64,000 bases of DNA from Candidatus Dojkabacteria bacterium. GTDB taxonomy: Bacteria; Patescibacteriota; Dojkabacteria; SC72. Shown piece after piece: positions 36,067 to 45,815 of this stretch. The notes under the pieces were generated by a model. That model made no database searches. It had not been told where the DNA came from and was given only the letters and a program-made list of their open reading frames with translations. A program made the translations under genes and the position numbers. Every line of letters begins with the position of its first letter. The first letter of the stretch is position 1. Location of the stretch: assembly GCA_016182915.1 (NCBI GenBank), contig JACPFP010000003.1, positions 8,806 to 72,805 on the forward strand. The letters run 5' to 3'.

Positions 36067-37830
36067 TTGAAAAACATCTTTAAAATTCTGAAGCTTTCGA
36101 AACCATTACATGGCTTGATGGCTTTGATAGTTGTTATTACTATTGTTGGGGGGCTATTTGAGATTGTTGCCCCACTTCTTTCGGGAAGAATTCTTGATGA
36201 GGTCATAAAACAGGCCGGAAGTGATATCCGTGTCTATACGGAACTAATCAAACTGTTAGCCTTCTCGTTAGGGGCAACTTTTATATACCTTATTACCAGA
36301 TCACTCGCCCAGAGGCTTGGGGATGAGCTTGCAGGTCGGGTTAGGAAGTACCTGACTGAAGTCTTCTATGATAAGACACTTAGGCTCTCTCAGTCATATT
36401 TTGATTCGGAAACTTCAGGAAAACTAATTAATCAATTGAATAGAGGGATTCAATCTATTCAAGAGTTTGTGAATATGTCTACCAACTTCATTATTCCAAT
36501 CTTTCTACAATCTATTATCGTTATTGGAATTCTCTTCAACTACAATATATACCTCGGAACGTTAATGGTTATCATTCTACCTATCTATATGCTCATTACT
36601 TCTATTTCAACTAAGAGATGGGGAAAGAAAGAGGTTGAGAAGAACAAGATTGAAGATATTACCAGAGGGAGGATTCAAGAAGTTATATCAAACATTAGGC
36701 TTGTTAAGGGGTATACCTCTGAGAAGCGCGAGTTTGAACTGGTTTCAAATAATATAGGGAGCATTAATAGTATCTACAGAAAACAGAGTATAGAGTTCCA
36801 TATTTTCGACTTTTTAAGAGAGTTTGTTCTGAGCGGTATCCTTTTTGGGACTAGCATAATAATTTTCTACAATACTCTTGAGGGTATTATTACTGTTGGC
36901 TCAGTTATTGTTTTAATGCAACTTGTTGAAAGAGCTAGATCTTCACTCTTTGGAATGTCATATATTCTTACTCAAGTGCAAGCTGCTGAATCCGGATCTA
37001 AGGAATACTTTGAAATTTTGGGCCTTGATTCTACTGAAGATTACAATGAAGATTCATATAAAGTGATTACAAGTCCGAATATTGAGTTTAAGAAGGTATC
37101 TTTTAAATACGATGAGGAGAAGAGTGTTCTTGAAGATGTTTCCTTCAATATTCGCAATAACGAAATGGTTGCGTTAGTTGGGCCAAGTGGTGCAGGAAAA
37201 AGTACTATTGTTAACCTTCTTCTCAAATTCTATCTGCCAAACTCAGGAGATATACTTCTAAATGGGAAGTCATTTAAAGAGCTCTCACACAGTCAAATAA
37301 GGAGTAATATAGCCTTAGTATTTCAGGAAAATGAGCTTTTTTCCTCTACCATCAAGGAAAATGTTGCCTATGGCTCTAAGATGAATAGGAAGAAAGTTAT
37401 TGAAGCCCTTAAGAAAGCAAATGCTTGGGACTTTGTTGCTACATTAGCTAAAGGTATTGATACAGAGGTCGGAGAAAGGGGTGTTAAGTTATCTGGAGGT
37501 CAGAGACAGCGAATACAGGTAGCTAGGGCTATATATAAAGATGCTCCGATTTTGATCCTTGATGAGGCTACATCAAGCTTAGATGCAAAGTCTGAAAATG
37601 AGGTGAGCAACGCTATAGACAACCTGATTAAGGATCGTTTAGTCATAGTTATTGCTCACAGGTTCTCTACTATTCAGAATGCAACGAAGGTAATTGTTCT
37701 TAATGAGAAGAAGGTTGAGGCAATAGGTACTCCTCAGGAGCTTTCCACAAAATCGGGTATATACTCTGACCTTCTCCGTTATCAGATAGAGGGAAACAAA
37801 AAACTGCTTAAGAAGTTTGAGCTATTTTGA
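36067..37830 (+). CDS. ABC exporter, fused TMD-NBD (MsbA/ABCB-like).
   Basis: Six TM helices, then Walker A GPSGAGKST, signature LSGGQRQRIQVARAI and Walker B ILILDEATS. The track start is TTG, and the first ATG is at 36118. Confidence 0.9.
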   Translation: MKNIFKILKLSKPLHGLMALIVVITIVGGLFEIVAPLLSGRILDEVIKQAGSDIRVYTELIKLLAFSLGATFIYLITRSLAQRLGDELAGRVRKYLTEVFYDKTLRLSQSYFDSETSGKLINQLNRGIQSIQEFVNMSTNFIIPIFLQSIIVIGILFNYNIYLGTLMVIILPIYMLITSISTKRWGKKEVEKNKIEDITRGRIQEVISNIRLVKGYTSEKREFELVSNNIGSINSIYRKQSIEFHIFDFLREFVLSGILFGTSIIIFYNTLEGIITVGSVIVLMQLVERARSSLFGMSYILTQVQAAESGSKEYFEILGLDSTEDYNEDSYKVITSPNIEFKKVSFKYDEEKSVLEDVSFNIRNNEMVALVGPSGAGKSTIVNLLLKFYLPNSGDILLNGKSFKELSHSQIRSNIALVFQENELFSSTIKENVAYGSKMNRKKVIEALKKANAWDFVATLAKGIDTEVGERGVKLSGGQRQRIQVARAIYKDAPILILDEATSSLDAKSENEVSNAIDNLIKDRLVIVIAHRFSTIQNATKVIVLNEKKVEAIGTPQELSTKSGIYSDLLRYQIEGNKKLLKKFELF

Positions 37831-37832
37831 AC

Positions 37833-38180
37833 TTAAGTCTTGTTTGCCATTTTGTTATATTCTTCTTCGAGGGTTTCCAGTTTTTCATCTTCAAATTCCT
37901 CTGCTGCCATTATTGTGTTGTGAGCTTTTGTTGTCGATCTGATAAGTTCATCAAGTTTTAGATTCATTGCTTTTGTTTCCCTATTTTGTGTGTTCTGAAT
38001 AAGAAATACCATCAAAAAAGTTACAATCGTCGTCCCTGTATTTATAACCAATTGCCAAGTATTTGAATAATTGTAAATAGGTCCAAGAATAGCCCAGGTT
38101 ATAATTACTAAGAGTGCAAACATAAACGCATATGAACTTCCAACAAATGCGGAGACTGCTTTTGCTATCTTTCTAAACAT
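37833..38180 (-). CDS. Low-affinity iron permease family small membrane protein.
   Basis: Two TM helices and ..LIQNTQNRETKAMNLKLDELI.. as remembered for the iron_permease family. Confidence 0.5.
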   Translation of the reverse strand: MFRKIAKAVSAFVGSSYAFMFALLVIITWAILGPIYNYSNTWQLVINTGTTIVTFLMVFLIQNTQNRETKAMNLKLDELIRSTTKAHNTIMAAEEFEDEKLETLEEEYNKMANKT

Positions 38181-38282
38181 CTCTTAAAATTCATAATTAA
38201 TATTGCTTAAATATAATAGAAAATGAACTGCATGTAAATGCGGTGATATTGTAAAATAAGCTGATTTCAATTAGCATGAGGT

Positions 38283-39068
38283 ATGCAAAAGAGGTTTTCA
38301 GGTACAAACAGTTCATGGAATAGAGTGCATAAGTGGTACTCAAAGAAGGTTGGGGATGGAGGCCATTACTTTCACGAGCATGTTATTCTTCCGAATGTTA
38401 AGAGAATACTCAATACGGATAATCAGAGTAAAATTTTGGATATTGCTTGTGGAGATGGAGTACTTTCAAGATATATGGATCAGTACAGTGGTTATCTTGG
38501 ATTTGATATTGCAGAAGGTTTGATTAGCGAAGCAAAGAGAAAGAACTCAAAAGAGAATACTGAGTTTGTGGTTCAAAATGCAGGTACTCTGTTTACCCCC
38601 GACTCTTCCGACTATACTCATGCCACTGTAATACTTGCTCTTCAGAACATTGAATCATATAGGAATGTTTTTATTAACGCTTTTAATCATCTTGGAGAGA
38701 GCGGGATGCTTGTTCTTGTCATAAATCACCCATACTTTAGAATTCCAAAGAGTACCTCATGGGAGGTTGATCCTTCTACCCGATTTCAGTATAGAAGGGT
38801 CTCTAGATATCTTTCTCCTCATAAAATAAGGATAGACATGAATCCTGGAAGTACTTTCTCAAAGGAATTCACATATTCATACCATGTACCATTATCAAAT
38901 TATATAGAAGCGTTGAATGAGGTAGGTTTTGTAACCCTTAATATTGAAGAGTGGGTTTCAGATAAGGTGAGTGTTGGTGCAGCTGCTGTGCAAGAGAATT
39001 TTGCTCGTAATGAATTTCCACTCTTTATGTGCATCGTATGTAGAAAGCTTCCTATGAAGAGTTCCTAA
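38283..39068 (+). CDS. Class I SAM-dependent methyltransferase.
   Basis: Motif I ILDIACGDGVLS and a downstream acidic motif in Rossmann-fold methyltransferase spacing. Confidence 0.6.
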   Translation: MQKRFSGTNSSWNRVHKWYSKKVGDGGHYFHEHVILPNVKRILNTDNQSKILDIACGDGVLSRYMDQYSGYLGFDIAEGLISEAKRKNSKENTEFVVQNAGTLFTPDSSDYTHATVILALQNIESYRNVFINAFNHLGESGMLVLVINHPYFRIPKSTSWEVDPSTRFQYRRVSRYLSPHKIRIDMNPGSTFSKEFTYSYHVPLSNYIEALNEVGFVTLNIEEWVSDKVSVGAAAVQENFARNEFPLFMCIVCRKLPMKSS

Positions 39069-39788
39069 CTAGAGAAGGTACGTTATTAATACTCCAAGTC
39101 CAAATACGAGCAAGTGGGATATTGACTTTATAATCCTCTTTTCCTCTTTTAACTCAGGGATTAGATCAGATGAAGCAATATATATGAATCCGCCTGCGGC
39201 TACAGCTGTAAGGTATAGTAGGGTTCCTTCTAGGATATTGAAAAGGTAGAATCCTACAATTCCTCCAAGGATCATAGTCATTGAAACAATCAGATTTGAT
39301 TTTATAGCTTCCCATTTACTCCATCCTGCGTGAAGAAGTACACCGAAATCTCCTATTTCCTGGGGAAGCTCATGTAGGGCTACTGCAAAGGAAGCAAGAA
39401 TACCCAGCTTAACATCAACTGCGAAGGTTGCAGCTAAAAGAACTCCGTCAATGAAGTTGTGAATTCCATCTCCTATGAGGTTCATGTATCCAATACTGGT
39501 CACTTTATCGTCATCTGAGTGTGAATGGTGCCAGTGGATACTCTTTTCAACAATAAAGAATAATCCGAAGGCTAGAAGAATTATAAGGAGGAGATTCTCT
39601 AGCGGTAGAGTCTCAGAAAGTTCGGGTATGAGATGAAGGTAAGCGGTTCCCATCATTGTTCCTGCAGAAAGAGCTACGAAATAGTGTGTAGCTGCTTTGA
39701 GGAGTTTCTCCTTGAAGGCGAGAAATAGCACCGCTACCAGTGAAATGGAGCTGATTAGTACAGTAGAGAGTAGTATATATTGAAGCAT
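39069..39788 (-). CDS. ZIP family metal (Zn/Fe) transporter, ZupT-like.
   Basis: HNFIDGV and HELPQEIGDFGVLL metal-binding motifs across eight TM helices. Confidence 0.85.
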   Translation of the reverse strand: MLQYILLSTVLISSISLVAVLFLAFKEKLLKAATHYFVALSAGTMMGTAYLHLIPELSETLPLENLLLIILLAFGLFFIVEKSIHWHHSHSDDDKVTSIGYMNLIGDGIHNFIDGVLLAATFAVDVKLGILASFAVALHELPQEIGDFGVLLHAGWSKWEAIKSNLIVSMTMILGGIVGFYLFNILEGTLLYLTAVAAGGFIYIASSDLIPELKEEKRIIKSISHLLVFGLGVLITYLL

Positions 39789-39836
39789 ACTTAAATTTGT
39801 CTAGGTTATTCTTTTATATTATCACACCTGTCAATA

Positions 39837-41243
39837 CTAGATAAGGGTTTTACCCACTGTTATAAACATTCTCTCTAGAATTTTAAACATCGAGAAGGTG
39901 TCTAATTCACAATATTCTAATAGTTGGTCTTTTATTTGATTCTTTTCTTTTAATGTTACTGTATTTGAAATTAGAGTTTTCCAGTTTCGCATTGCAGATG
40001 TCCCATTTGAGATAGGCAGTTCTTTGTAATCAAGGCTTGGAACGATTACTGGGAGAACATTCTTTAGGCTCCAACTCCCTTTAAATCTATAATCAACGTA
40101 TATCTGTTTATTAAAAATATCTGCAAGATCAACTATTCTTTTATTTAACCCAAGTAGGTACTCTTTGAACTCGGGGTATATCCTTGCCATTTCACTGTTA
40201 CATCCCTGTTCGAATATTTTATTCCATACTAGGATTGTTCCTTCTTCTCCTATATATGATTTTAGTTCGTGTACAACCTCTTTCATAGGATCTTCCTTTG
40301 AAGTCGAAATAAATTCATAGTGCTCTAGGGCGATCCTTTCACTGGTGAGTTTATGTAGTGAAAATTGGAACACTACATTTTGGTAGGTAGTATGTCTATC
40401 ATACAGTGGAATTGCCCAAGAGTATGCTTCGTAATCTAGGAAGTATAGCGGGAAAGTGAGATCTTTAATAAAGGATTGGAGTCTCTCATAGTCAATTAGT
40501 GGTTTCAAGGTTTTTGTAGAGATTAACTGATATCTCTGTTTTCCGCTTAAGCTAAAACCGTCAGGTATATCGTTTAGGTCCAATATTCCAAGTGATCTTA
40601 GGTCTCCAAGTTTGCTTTCATTTACGTTTGCAAGGTTATAGATTGAATATTGCGGGAGAGCTGGAAAGCATAGATGCGGGCATGGGCATTCTTTTGGCTT
40701 ATGGCACGGTTCTATAGTTGAGATATTATCCTCAAGAATTGTTTGTTTAGCTTTTTCTATGAGTTCGGTTGTTTCAGTAAGTTTCTGAACAATTAGCGAG
40801 GTTACATCCCTTACTTTGTATGCTTTATGAAGGTCTAGTTCCCCTTCTCTTACATAATCCTTATTTACATGAATTACATAGAGATTTGTGATCTCTATTG
40901 TTTGGGAGGCTATATAGTATTGAAAAATAATGTCATACTCATGCACCTGCTTAACATCTGTTGTACTTTTAATCTCATACAAACTATAACCTGGTCTATC
41001 GAGGTTTTTAATAAGGATATCTGTTCTACATTCAAGGTCATTATATTCAAATGTTCTCTGGTATTCATATTCACTTGAAATATAGTTTTTTACGTATTGT
41101 AAGGCATATTTTTCTGCGTCAATCCCCTGCTCTTTGATGTGTTCAATGAAATCGTTGTTGTTTTCAGTATATTCATTATGTTTCTTCGCCCAAAGATGTA
41201 GAGGTGCATTTAGAAAAAGCTTGAATTCTGTTTTATTAAGCAT
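39837..41243 (-). CDS. Putative nuclease with an N-terminal PD-(D/E)xK (Cas4/DUF83-like) core, a Cys cluster and a C-terminal DUF2779-like domain.
   Basis: ..RTDILIKNLDRPGYSLYEIKSTT.. fits a D..E.K nuclease core. The Cys cluster is CHKPKECPCPHLC. A later segment reads ..YFLDYEAYSW. The family call is tentative. Confidence 0.45.
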   Translation of the reverse strand: MLNKTEFKLFLNAPLHLWAKKHNEYTENNNDFIEHIKEQGIDAEKYALQYVKNYISSEYEYQRTFEYNDLECRTDILIKNLDRPGYSLYEIKSTTDVKQVHEYDIIFQYYIASQTIEITNLYVIHVNKDYVREGELDLHKAYKVRDVTSLIVQKLTETTELIEKAKQTILEDNISTIEPCHKPKECPCPHLCFPALPQYSIYNLANVNESKLGDLRSLGILDLNDIPDGFSLSGKQRYQLISTKTLKPLIDYERLQSFIKDLTFPLYFLDYEAYSWAIPLYDRHTTYQNVVFQFSLHKLTSERIALEHYEFISTSKEDPMKEVVHELKSYIGEEGTILVWNKIFEQGCNSEMARIYPEFKEYLLGLNKRIVDLADIFNKQIYVDYRFKGSWSLKNVLPVIVPSLDYKELPISNGTSAMRNWKTLISNTVTLKEKNQIKDQLLEYCELDTFSMFKILERMFITVGKTLI

Positions 41244-41287
41244 ATTGAGGTTATATCCCTAGTTAATGTTTTTTCTCTGCTACTCTC

Positions 41288-42256
41288 TTAATTACTTTCT
41301 TTTAGGTAGTATTCTAGGATTGGAGGGAGAAGTTGCTTTTTTCTAGAAAGGACTCCTGGTAGGTACATTCTGTTGCCATTTTCAAGCTTACTGTTGAATA
41401 TCTTCTCTAGGTCATTTACTTTATCGCCATCAACAAGAAGTATACAATCATTTCTAATTAGGTCAGTCAGCATAACAATCCTAATATTCATAGGATTTTG
41501 GGAGTTTGCCTTCTTTAGAGCAGATATTATTTCCTTCTCTTTGGAACCAAATTTCTGATTATCCATTGTTTCTACCTGTGTAATTGAGAACTTTACTCCC
41601 CCGCTTTCAAACTCTTTAAAGTCGGCATTTATAATCTCCGCGGCCTTCATCTTCAACCATACATCTTTATTGTCAAAAAGCTCCCTTGCAAAGGAAGATA
41701 TATCTGAAATACCTGCTATTGCGGAAAGTTCGCCTGCAACTGATCTGTCAACGTAGGTGGTTATAGGAGAACGAAGAGCTAGGGTATCGTCCAGGATTGC
41801 AGAAAGCATTAATCCTGCTACATTTGGCTGTATCTTTACATTAGATCTAATGAGCTTTTGTCCTATTAAGGTTGTTGAAGATCCATAAGGTCTAATTGTT
41901 ATTTTAGGAGGTATGGTAGTTTCAAGTTTGAGGTTGTGGTGGTCAACAACTTCGATTATTTCCGCTTTTTCCCAACCGTCTGCTCTCTGTACAGGGTCAG
42001 TATGGTCTACTAATACAACCTTTCTTCCAGAAATGTCTCTCATTAGCATTGGGACCTCAAGTTTAAAGTGTGCAAAGGCCCACTTTGTTAAAGGATTTAT
42101 ATCATCGCATCTAATTGCTGTGTAGTTGAAATCTCCTCTTGCGTGTCTGTATATCTGGTATGAATAAGCCGAAACGACGGCGTCAAGATCAGGCTTTTTA
42201 TGACCTACAATGTAGATTGTATCTCCAATTAAAATGTTATCCAGATTGATATCCAT
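41288..42256 (-). CDS. DHH/DHHA2 phosphoesterase, candidate family II (Mn-dependent) inorganic pyrophosphatase.
   Basis: N-terminal ..HKKPDLDAVVSAYSY.., DHH-type motifs ..VDHTD.. and ..VVDHHN.., and a C-terminal DHHA2-like region. The 322-aa length fits PpaC. Confidence 0.65.
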   Translation of the reverse strand: MDINLDNILIGDTIYIVGHKKPDLDAVVSAYSYQIYRHARGDFNYTAIRCDDINPLTKWAFAHFKLEVPMLMRDISGRKVVLVDHTDPVQRADGWEKAEIIEVVDHHNLKLETTIPPKITIRPYGSSTTLIGQKLIRSNVKIQPNVAGLMLSAILDDTLALRSPITTYVDRSVAGELSAIAGISDISSFARELFDNKDVWLKMKAAEIINADFKEFESGGVKFSITQVETMDNQKFGSKEKEIISALKKANSQNPMNIRIVMLTDLIRNDCILLVDGDKVNDLEKIFNSKLENGNRMYLPGVLSRKKQLLPPILEYYLKESN

Positions 42257-42276
42257 AGTGAGGAGATGATACTACA

Positions 42277-42807
42277 TTAAACTTTTCTAGACAAGAAACC
42301 TCTAATGTTGTAGGCCCATTTATATGAGGTACCTTTCGCTAAATAGTGTATCCAAACTTCATTTATGATTTTGAATATTACTATACCCAAAATTACGGAG
42401 AAGGAAGTAGAGTCAATGTTAAGAGCGAATTTCTCGCTTAAAAGGTATACAATTGCAAGATATTCGGCAATATTAGGGAAAATTATGAATATGAATCTCT
42501 GTTTGAATTTTGTGTAAATAATATGCCCTATTGTTCTCCATATTAGAAAGATAATATAGTGAGTAAATATTGGGGTATTAAGGAGAGGGGGGATCATAAA
42601 AAGGTATTGTATATAGTCTAGCGGTTTATCCAGCACATGGTAGAGTCTCTGTGGGATATTTCCCCAGCTCAATATATGCCAATCGAGCATATCCAGTACT
42701 ATAGAGAGGAGAATACCCTCCAGGGGAAAGTAGAGGATTACGATATATCCAATAACTCTTATGAATATTACAAACTGAACATATTTATTTCCAAGTAGTG
42801 ATTTCAC
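42277..42807 (-). CDS. Hypothetical polytopic membrane protein.
   Basis: A 176-aa ORF with 4-5 predicted TM helices and no other motif. Confidence 0.4.
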   Translation of the reverse strand: MKSLLGNKYVQFVIFIRVIGYIVILYFPLEGILLSIVLDMLDWHILSWGNIPQRLYHVLDKPLDYIQYLFMIPPLLNTPIFTHYIIFLIWRTIGHIIYTKFKQRFIFIIFPNIAEYLAIVYLLSEKFALNIDSTSFSVILGIVIFKIINEVWIHYLAKGTSYKWAYNIRGFLSRKV

Positions 42808-42811
42808 TTGT

Positions 42812-43447
42812 TTATGGACGTTCTAATATTTTTATAACTTTACCATTTATTAAGCTATTACTGTACTGGTCGAGGTATATAGGCTGATGGATTGGATTAT
42901 CTGATTCAGGGTAAAGAATAATCATATCTTCATCTTTTTTGTATGATTTTACCGTCGCTGAATTATCAAGAACAGCTACAACAGTGTCTCCATTATAAAT
43001 TTCCGCCTCTTTTGAAACAATTATATAGCTTCCGTCCTTCATCTGTTTTCCATCTATGATCTTTCTGTTCATAGAATCACCACTAACAATTAGAGCGAAT
43101 AGGTCTGATTTATGGGTAAGGAGGGTCTTGTCCACATGTAGCAGGCCTAATCTGTCCTCTTCTGCGATTGCCAATGGCTTTCCTGCGTTAGCAAATCCAA
43201 GAATCGGTATACCAATCATATATTGATACTCCTCCTCTTCTACAAGCCTAATACCTCTAGGTTCACTTGTCCTCAATATATACCCCTTCTTCTCTAAAGC
43301 CTCTAAATGGTTTACAACGCCCCTTTTCGTATTTATCCTTAATAGTTGCTGTAGTTCAGACAGTGAAGGAGCATTACCCTGCTCCAGAAAAAAATCTCTG
43401 ATGGTTGTGAGTACCTTTACCTGCTTTTCCGTCAAATATTGATTCAT
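42812..43447 (-). CDS. lexA: LexA-type transcriptional repressor (S24 peptidase).
   Basis: N-terminal winged HTH (..LSELQQLLRINTKRGVVNHLEALEKKGYI..) and a C-terminal S24 domain with an Ala-Gly cleavage site context (..ANAGKP..), catalytic Ser in GDSM and Lys in ..GKVIKILE. Confidence 0.8.
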   Translation of the reverse strand: MNQYLTEKQVKVLTTIRDFFLEQGNAPSLSELQQLLRINTKRGVVNHLEALEKKGYILRTSEPRGIRLVEEEEYQYMIGIPILGFANAGKPLAIAEEDRLGLLHVDKTLLTHKSDLFALIVSGDSMNRKIIDGKQMKDGSYIIVSKEAEIYNGDTVVAVLDNSATVKSYKKDEDMIILYPESDNPIHQPIYLDQYSNSLINGKVIKILERP

Positions 43448-43469
43448 ATTTTTACGAATAATATCTTAT

Positions 43470-43484
43470 GTATACATGGTATAC
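43470..43484. promoter_or_regulatory. Perfect inverted repeat GTATAC-ATG-GTATAC upstream of lexA, candidate SOS/LexA operator.
   Basis: GTATACATGGTATAC lies 23-37 bp upstream of the lexA start codon (43447, minus strand). Assigning it as a LexA box is inference. Confidence 0.3.
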
Positions 43485-43590
43485 CTTTCCTAAAGCTCTT
43501 GCAATACCTTGTAGTATATTTTAAGAGTACTTGAATCTTATTCTCGTCTAAACTATACTTTACAGATTTAATATTATATTTTTATTTATC

Positions 43591-43989
43591 ATGGCTGAAG
43601 TAAAAGCAAAAGAGGCGGTAAGGCAGGTCTCATTGAGCGATATAAAGTTCAATAAAGACAATGCTCTTATGGCAGCACTTTCATGCATCCCAGTTGTAGG
43701 AGCAGTAGTGTTTTTCATAGAGAAGAAGGATTACTTTGTTAGATATTATGCAGCTCAATTTGGTCTTCTCTTTGTTGTAGGTCTAGGACTTGCAGCTGTT
43801 GTAGCAGTTTTAGGGATGATTCCTGTAATAAATGTTCTTGTAGGAATTGTAGGTCTTTGCCTAACTCCAGTTGTTGGATTAGGAAGTCTTGTTTTGGTAA
43901 TTGTAGGTGCAATGAAAGCTTACAAGGGAGAGAGATTTGATATCCCTGTTCTTTCTAAGTATGCATTACAGATGATGAATAAATTCTAA
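43591..43989 (+). CDS. Small membrane protein with three TM helices, unknown function.
   Basis: A 132-aa hydrophobic ORF with a strong terminator immediately downstream. Confidence 0.45.
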   Translation: MAEVKAKEAVRQVSLSDIKFNKDNALMAALSCIPVVGAVVFFIEKKDYFVRYYAAQFGLLFVVGLGLAAVVAVLGMIPVINVLVGIVGLCLTPVVGLGSLVLVIVGAMKAYKGERFDIPVLSKYALQMMNKF

Positions 43990-44015
43990 TATAGAATTAT
44001 TCAGTAGATTTCAAG

Positions 44016-44045
44016 AAGGGAGGTATACCCTCCCTTTTTGTTTTT
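44016..44045 (+). terminator. Rho-independent terminator.
   Basis: Stem AAGGGAGG / CCTCCCTT with loop TATAC, followed by TTTTTGTTTTT. It lies 27 bp after the stop at 43989. Confidence 0.75.
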
Positions 44046-44074
44046 CAATAATCTATGTGTTAAAATAGGCGCAT

Positions 44075-44151
44075 CGGGGAGTAGTTCAGATGGCTAGAAC
44101 GCTGCGTTTGGGACGCAGAGGCCGCAGGTTCAAGTCCTGTCTCCCCGACCA
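44075..44151 (+). tRNA. tRNA-Pro (anticodon TGG).
   Basis: Cloverleaf read by eye: acceptor CGGGGAG/CTCCCCG, D-arm GTTC-AGATGGCTA-GAAC, anticodon stem CTGCG/CGCAG with loop TTTGGGA (U33, anticodon UGG), T-arm GCAGG-TTCAAGT-CCTGT, discriminator A, and CCA encoded. Confidence 0.85.
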
Positions 44152-44178
44152 CTCATTAAGTTTATTCCCAATTAATAT

Positions 44179-44574
44179 ATGAATAAACCTACTCTCTATA
44201 CTTTGATTATTATTTCTCTTGTTGCCTTAGTCACCATTTTCCTACTTCTATCTAATAAACCTAGCGATTCCAATAAAAACTTAGGCTCAGACAATGATAC
44301 ACAGGAGACTCTTTTTGGTAACGTAATTATTACAATTAAGAATCAGAGATATTCTCGAGAGTCAATTAAGGTTGTATTAGGCACTACAGTAAAATGGACA
44401 AATAACGATGAAATGCAGCACAACATTGTGAGTGATTCAGGAAATGAGCTAGGAAGCGAGTTGTTAAGTCAGGAGGAATCATATGAGCATACTTTTAACA
44501 CGGTTGGAACTTTTGACTATCACTGTACTCCTCATCCTTTCATGCAAGGAACAGTTGTGGTTGTAGCTGAATAA
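44179..44574 (+). CDS. Cupredoxin (plastocyanin/amicyanin-like blue copper protein), membrane-anchored.
   Basis: N-terminal TM helix. Type-1 copper ligands: His in ..HNIVSD.. and Cys-x2-His-x4-Met in YHCTPHPFMQG. Confidence 0.75.
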   Translation: MNKPTLYTLIIISLVALVTIFLLLSNKPSDSNKNLGSDNDTQETLFGNVIITIKNQRYSRESIKVVLGTTVKWTNNDEMQHNIVSDSGNELGSELLSQEESYEHTFNTVGTFDYHCTPHPFMQGTVVVVAE

Positions 44575-45258
44575 CTATTTTTTAGAAGTTATTATACTTT
44601 CAAGCTGGGAAACCTCTTCACATATATATGTTGGGTGGTTTTTCTTTAGTATTTTCTTTCCAGAATACCCCCAAGTTACTGATGTAACATCAATTCCGGC
44701 TTTTCTGGAGGCATCTATGTCCCGAATTTCATCCCCGATATACATAGTCTCTTCTTTTTTCATCTTGTACTTTGACAATAAACTTTTCAATTTGGTGTGT
44801 TTACCAAATAATTTTGTACCTCCCGATATATGAACAAAAAGGTCTTCCTTACCCACTTTTTCAAGTAGCAGCCTTAGCGTCTTTTCACCGTTGGATGAAA
44901 GAAGATATACCTTATAACCTTCCTTCTTCAACTTCTCTATAACATCTAATACACCATCGTAGAAAGGAAGCTCTTTAAGAACGACCTCTTTTGGGTTAGA
45001 TGAAATAAACTTATACTCTTCATCCTGAACCTGTTTAACTATGTAGAAGAATGAAAGTAGATTCAGTTTAAACCTACTCTTTATCTCTCTAAAGGATATA
45101 TTCTTAAACTCATCAATTAGTTCTCCTCTCTCCCTATTCTTAAGGCTCTCAAACTTTCTTCCAAATTTCTTGGCAGTTAAATCAAGGAAGGTTTTTAGAG
45201 CAAAGTCGCTGGAGTCATTAATTGTTCCATCGAAGTCAAATATTATATGTTTATACAT
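44575..45258 (-). CDS. HAD-superfamily hydrolase (phosphatase).
   Basis: Motif I FDFDGT in ..IIFDFDGTINDS.., motif II region LLSSNGEK, and motif III/IV ..K..GDEIRDIDA... Confidence 0.8.
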   Translation of the reverse strand: MYKHIIFDFDGTINDSSDFALKTFLDLTAKKFGRKFESLKNRERGELIDEFKNISFREIKSRFKLNLLSFFYIVKQVQDEEYKFISSNPKEVVLKELPFYDGVLDVIEKLKKEGYKVYLLSSNGEKTLRLLLEKVGKEDLFVHISGGTKLFGKHTKLKSLLSKYKMKKEETMYIGDEIRDIDASRKAGIDVTSVTWGYSGKKILKKNHPTYICEEVSQLESIITSKK

Positions 45259-45697
45259 TTTTTATATTTGTAATATATTGAGCTATAAGGATGGAGAAAC
45301 CACTCAAGAAAGATCCCCAGAGAATATCAGGTAGTATTAAACTTTTACTCCATGAAGCAAGTATTGCATAGTTGGTTAAACTGAAGGTTGCATATGCGGT
45401 TAAACCAATTAGAAATGCTATTACAAACTTCTTCCATAACGGTAGTGCTGGAGATATAGATATTACAATTGTTAGTACAGCAACATGAATAAGGTAGAAG
45501 AGAAGTGTTGGGAGAGTTCTAGGGTCAGTTATAAGTATGTCTGAGATATATTTGTTATACAGCCTATTTGCAACAAATTGTATCCATACTATATCAAGAA
45601 AGAAGAATACAGGTAGGGAAATGAGGTAGTTGTAGAGTGTCTTAAGCATGTTATTCATGGTTATGTTATTTCTCATTATATGATAAAGAGGGAGCAT
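45251..45697 (-). CDS. Hypothetical membrane protein.
   Basis: A 148-aa ORF with four predicted TM helices that overlaps the HAD gene by 8 bp. Confidence 0.4.
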   Translation of the reverse strand: MLPLYHIMRNNITMNNMLKTLYNYLISLPVFFFLDIVWIQFVANRLYNKYISDILITDPRTLPTLLFYLIHVAVLTIVISISPALPLWKKFVIAFLIGLTAYATFSLTNYAILASWSKSLILPDILWGSFLSGFSILIAQYITNIKNV

Positions 45698-45815
45698 TTC
45701 ATAATGAAAGATAGATAAATATAAAAAAGTAACTATTTCCTATACCTACCTACTTTTCAAGTATATGGATTTGGCTGTATAATGACTATAGGATTGTTCG
45801 GAAAGGAAGGAAATA

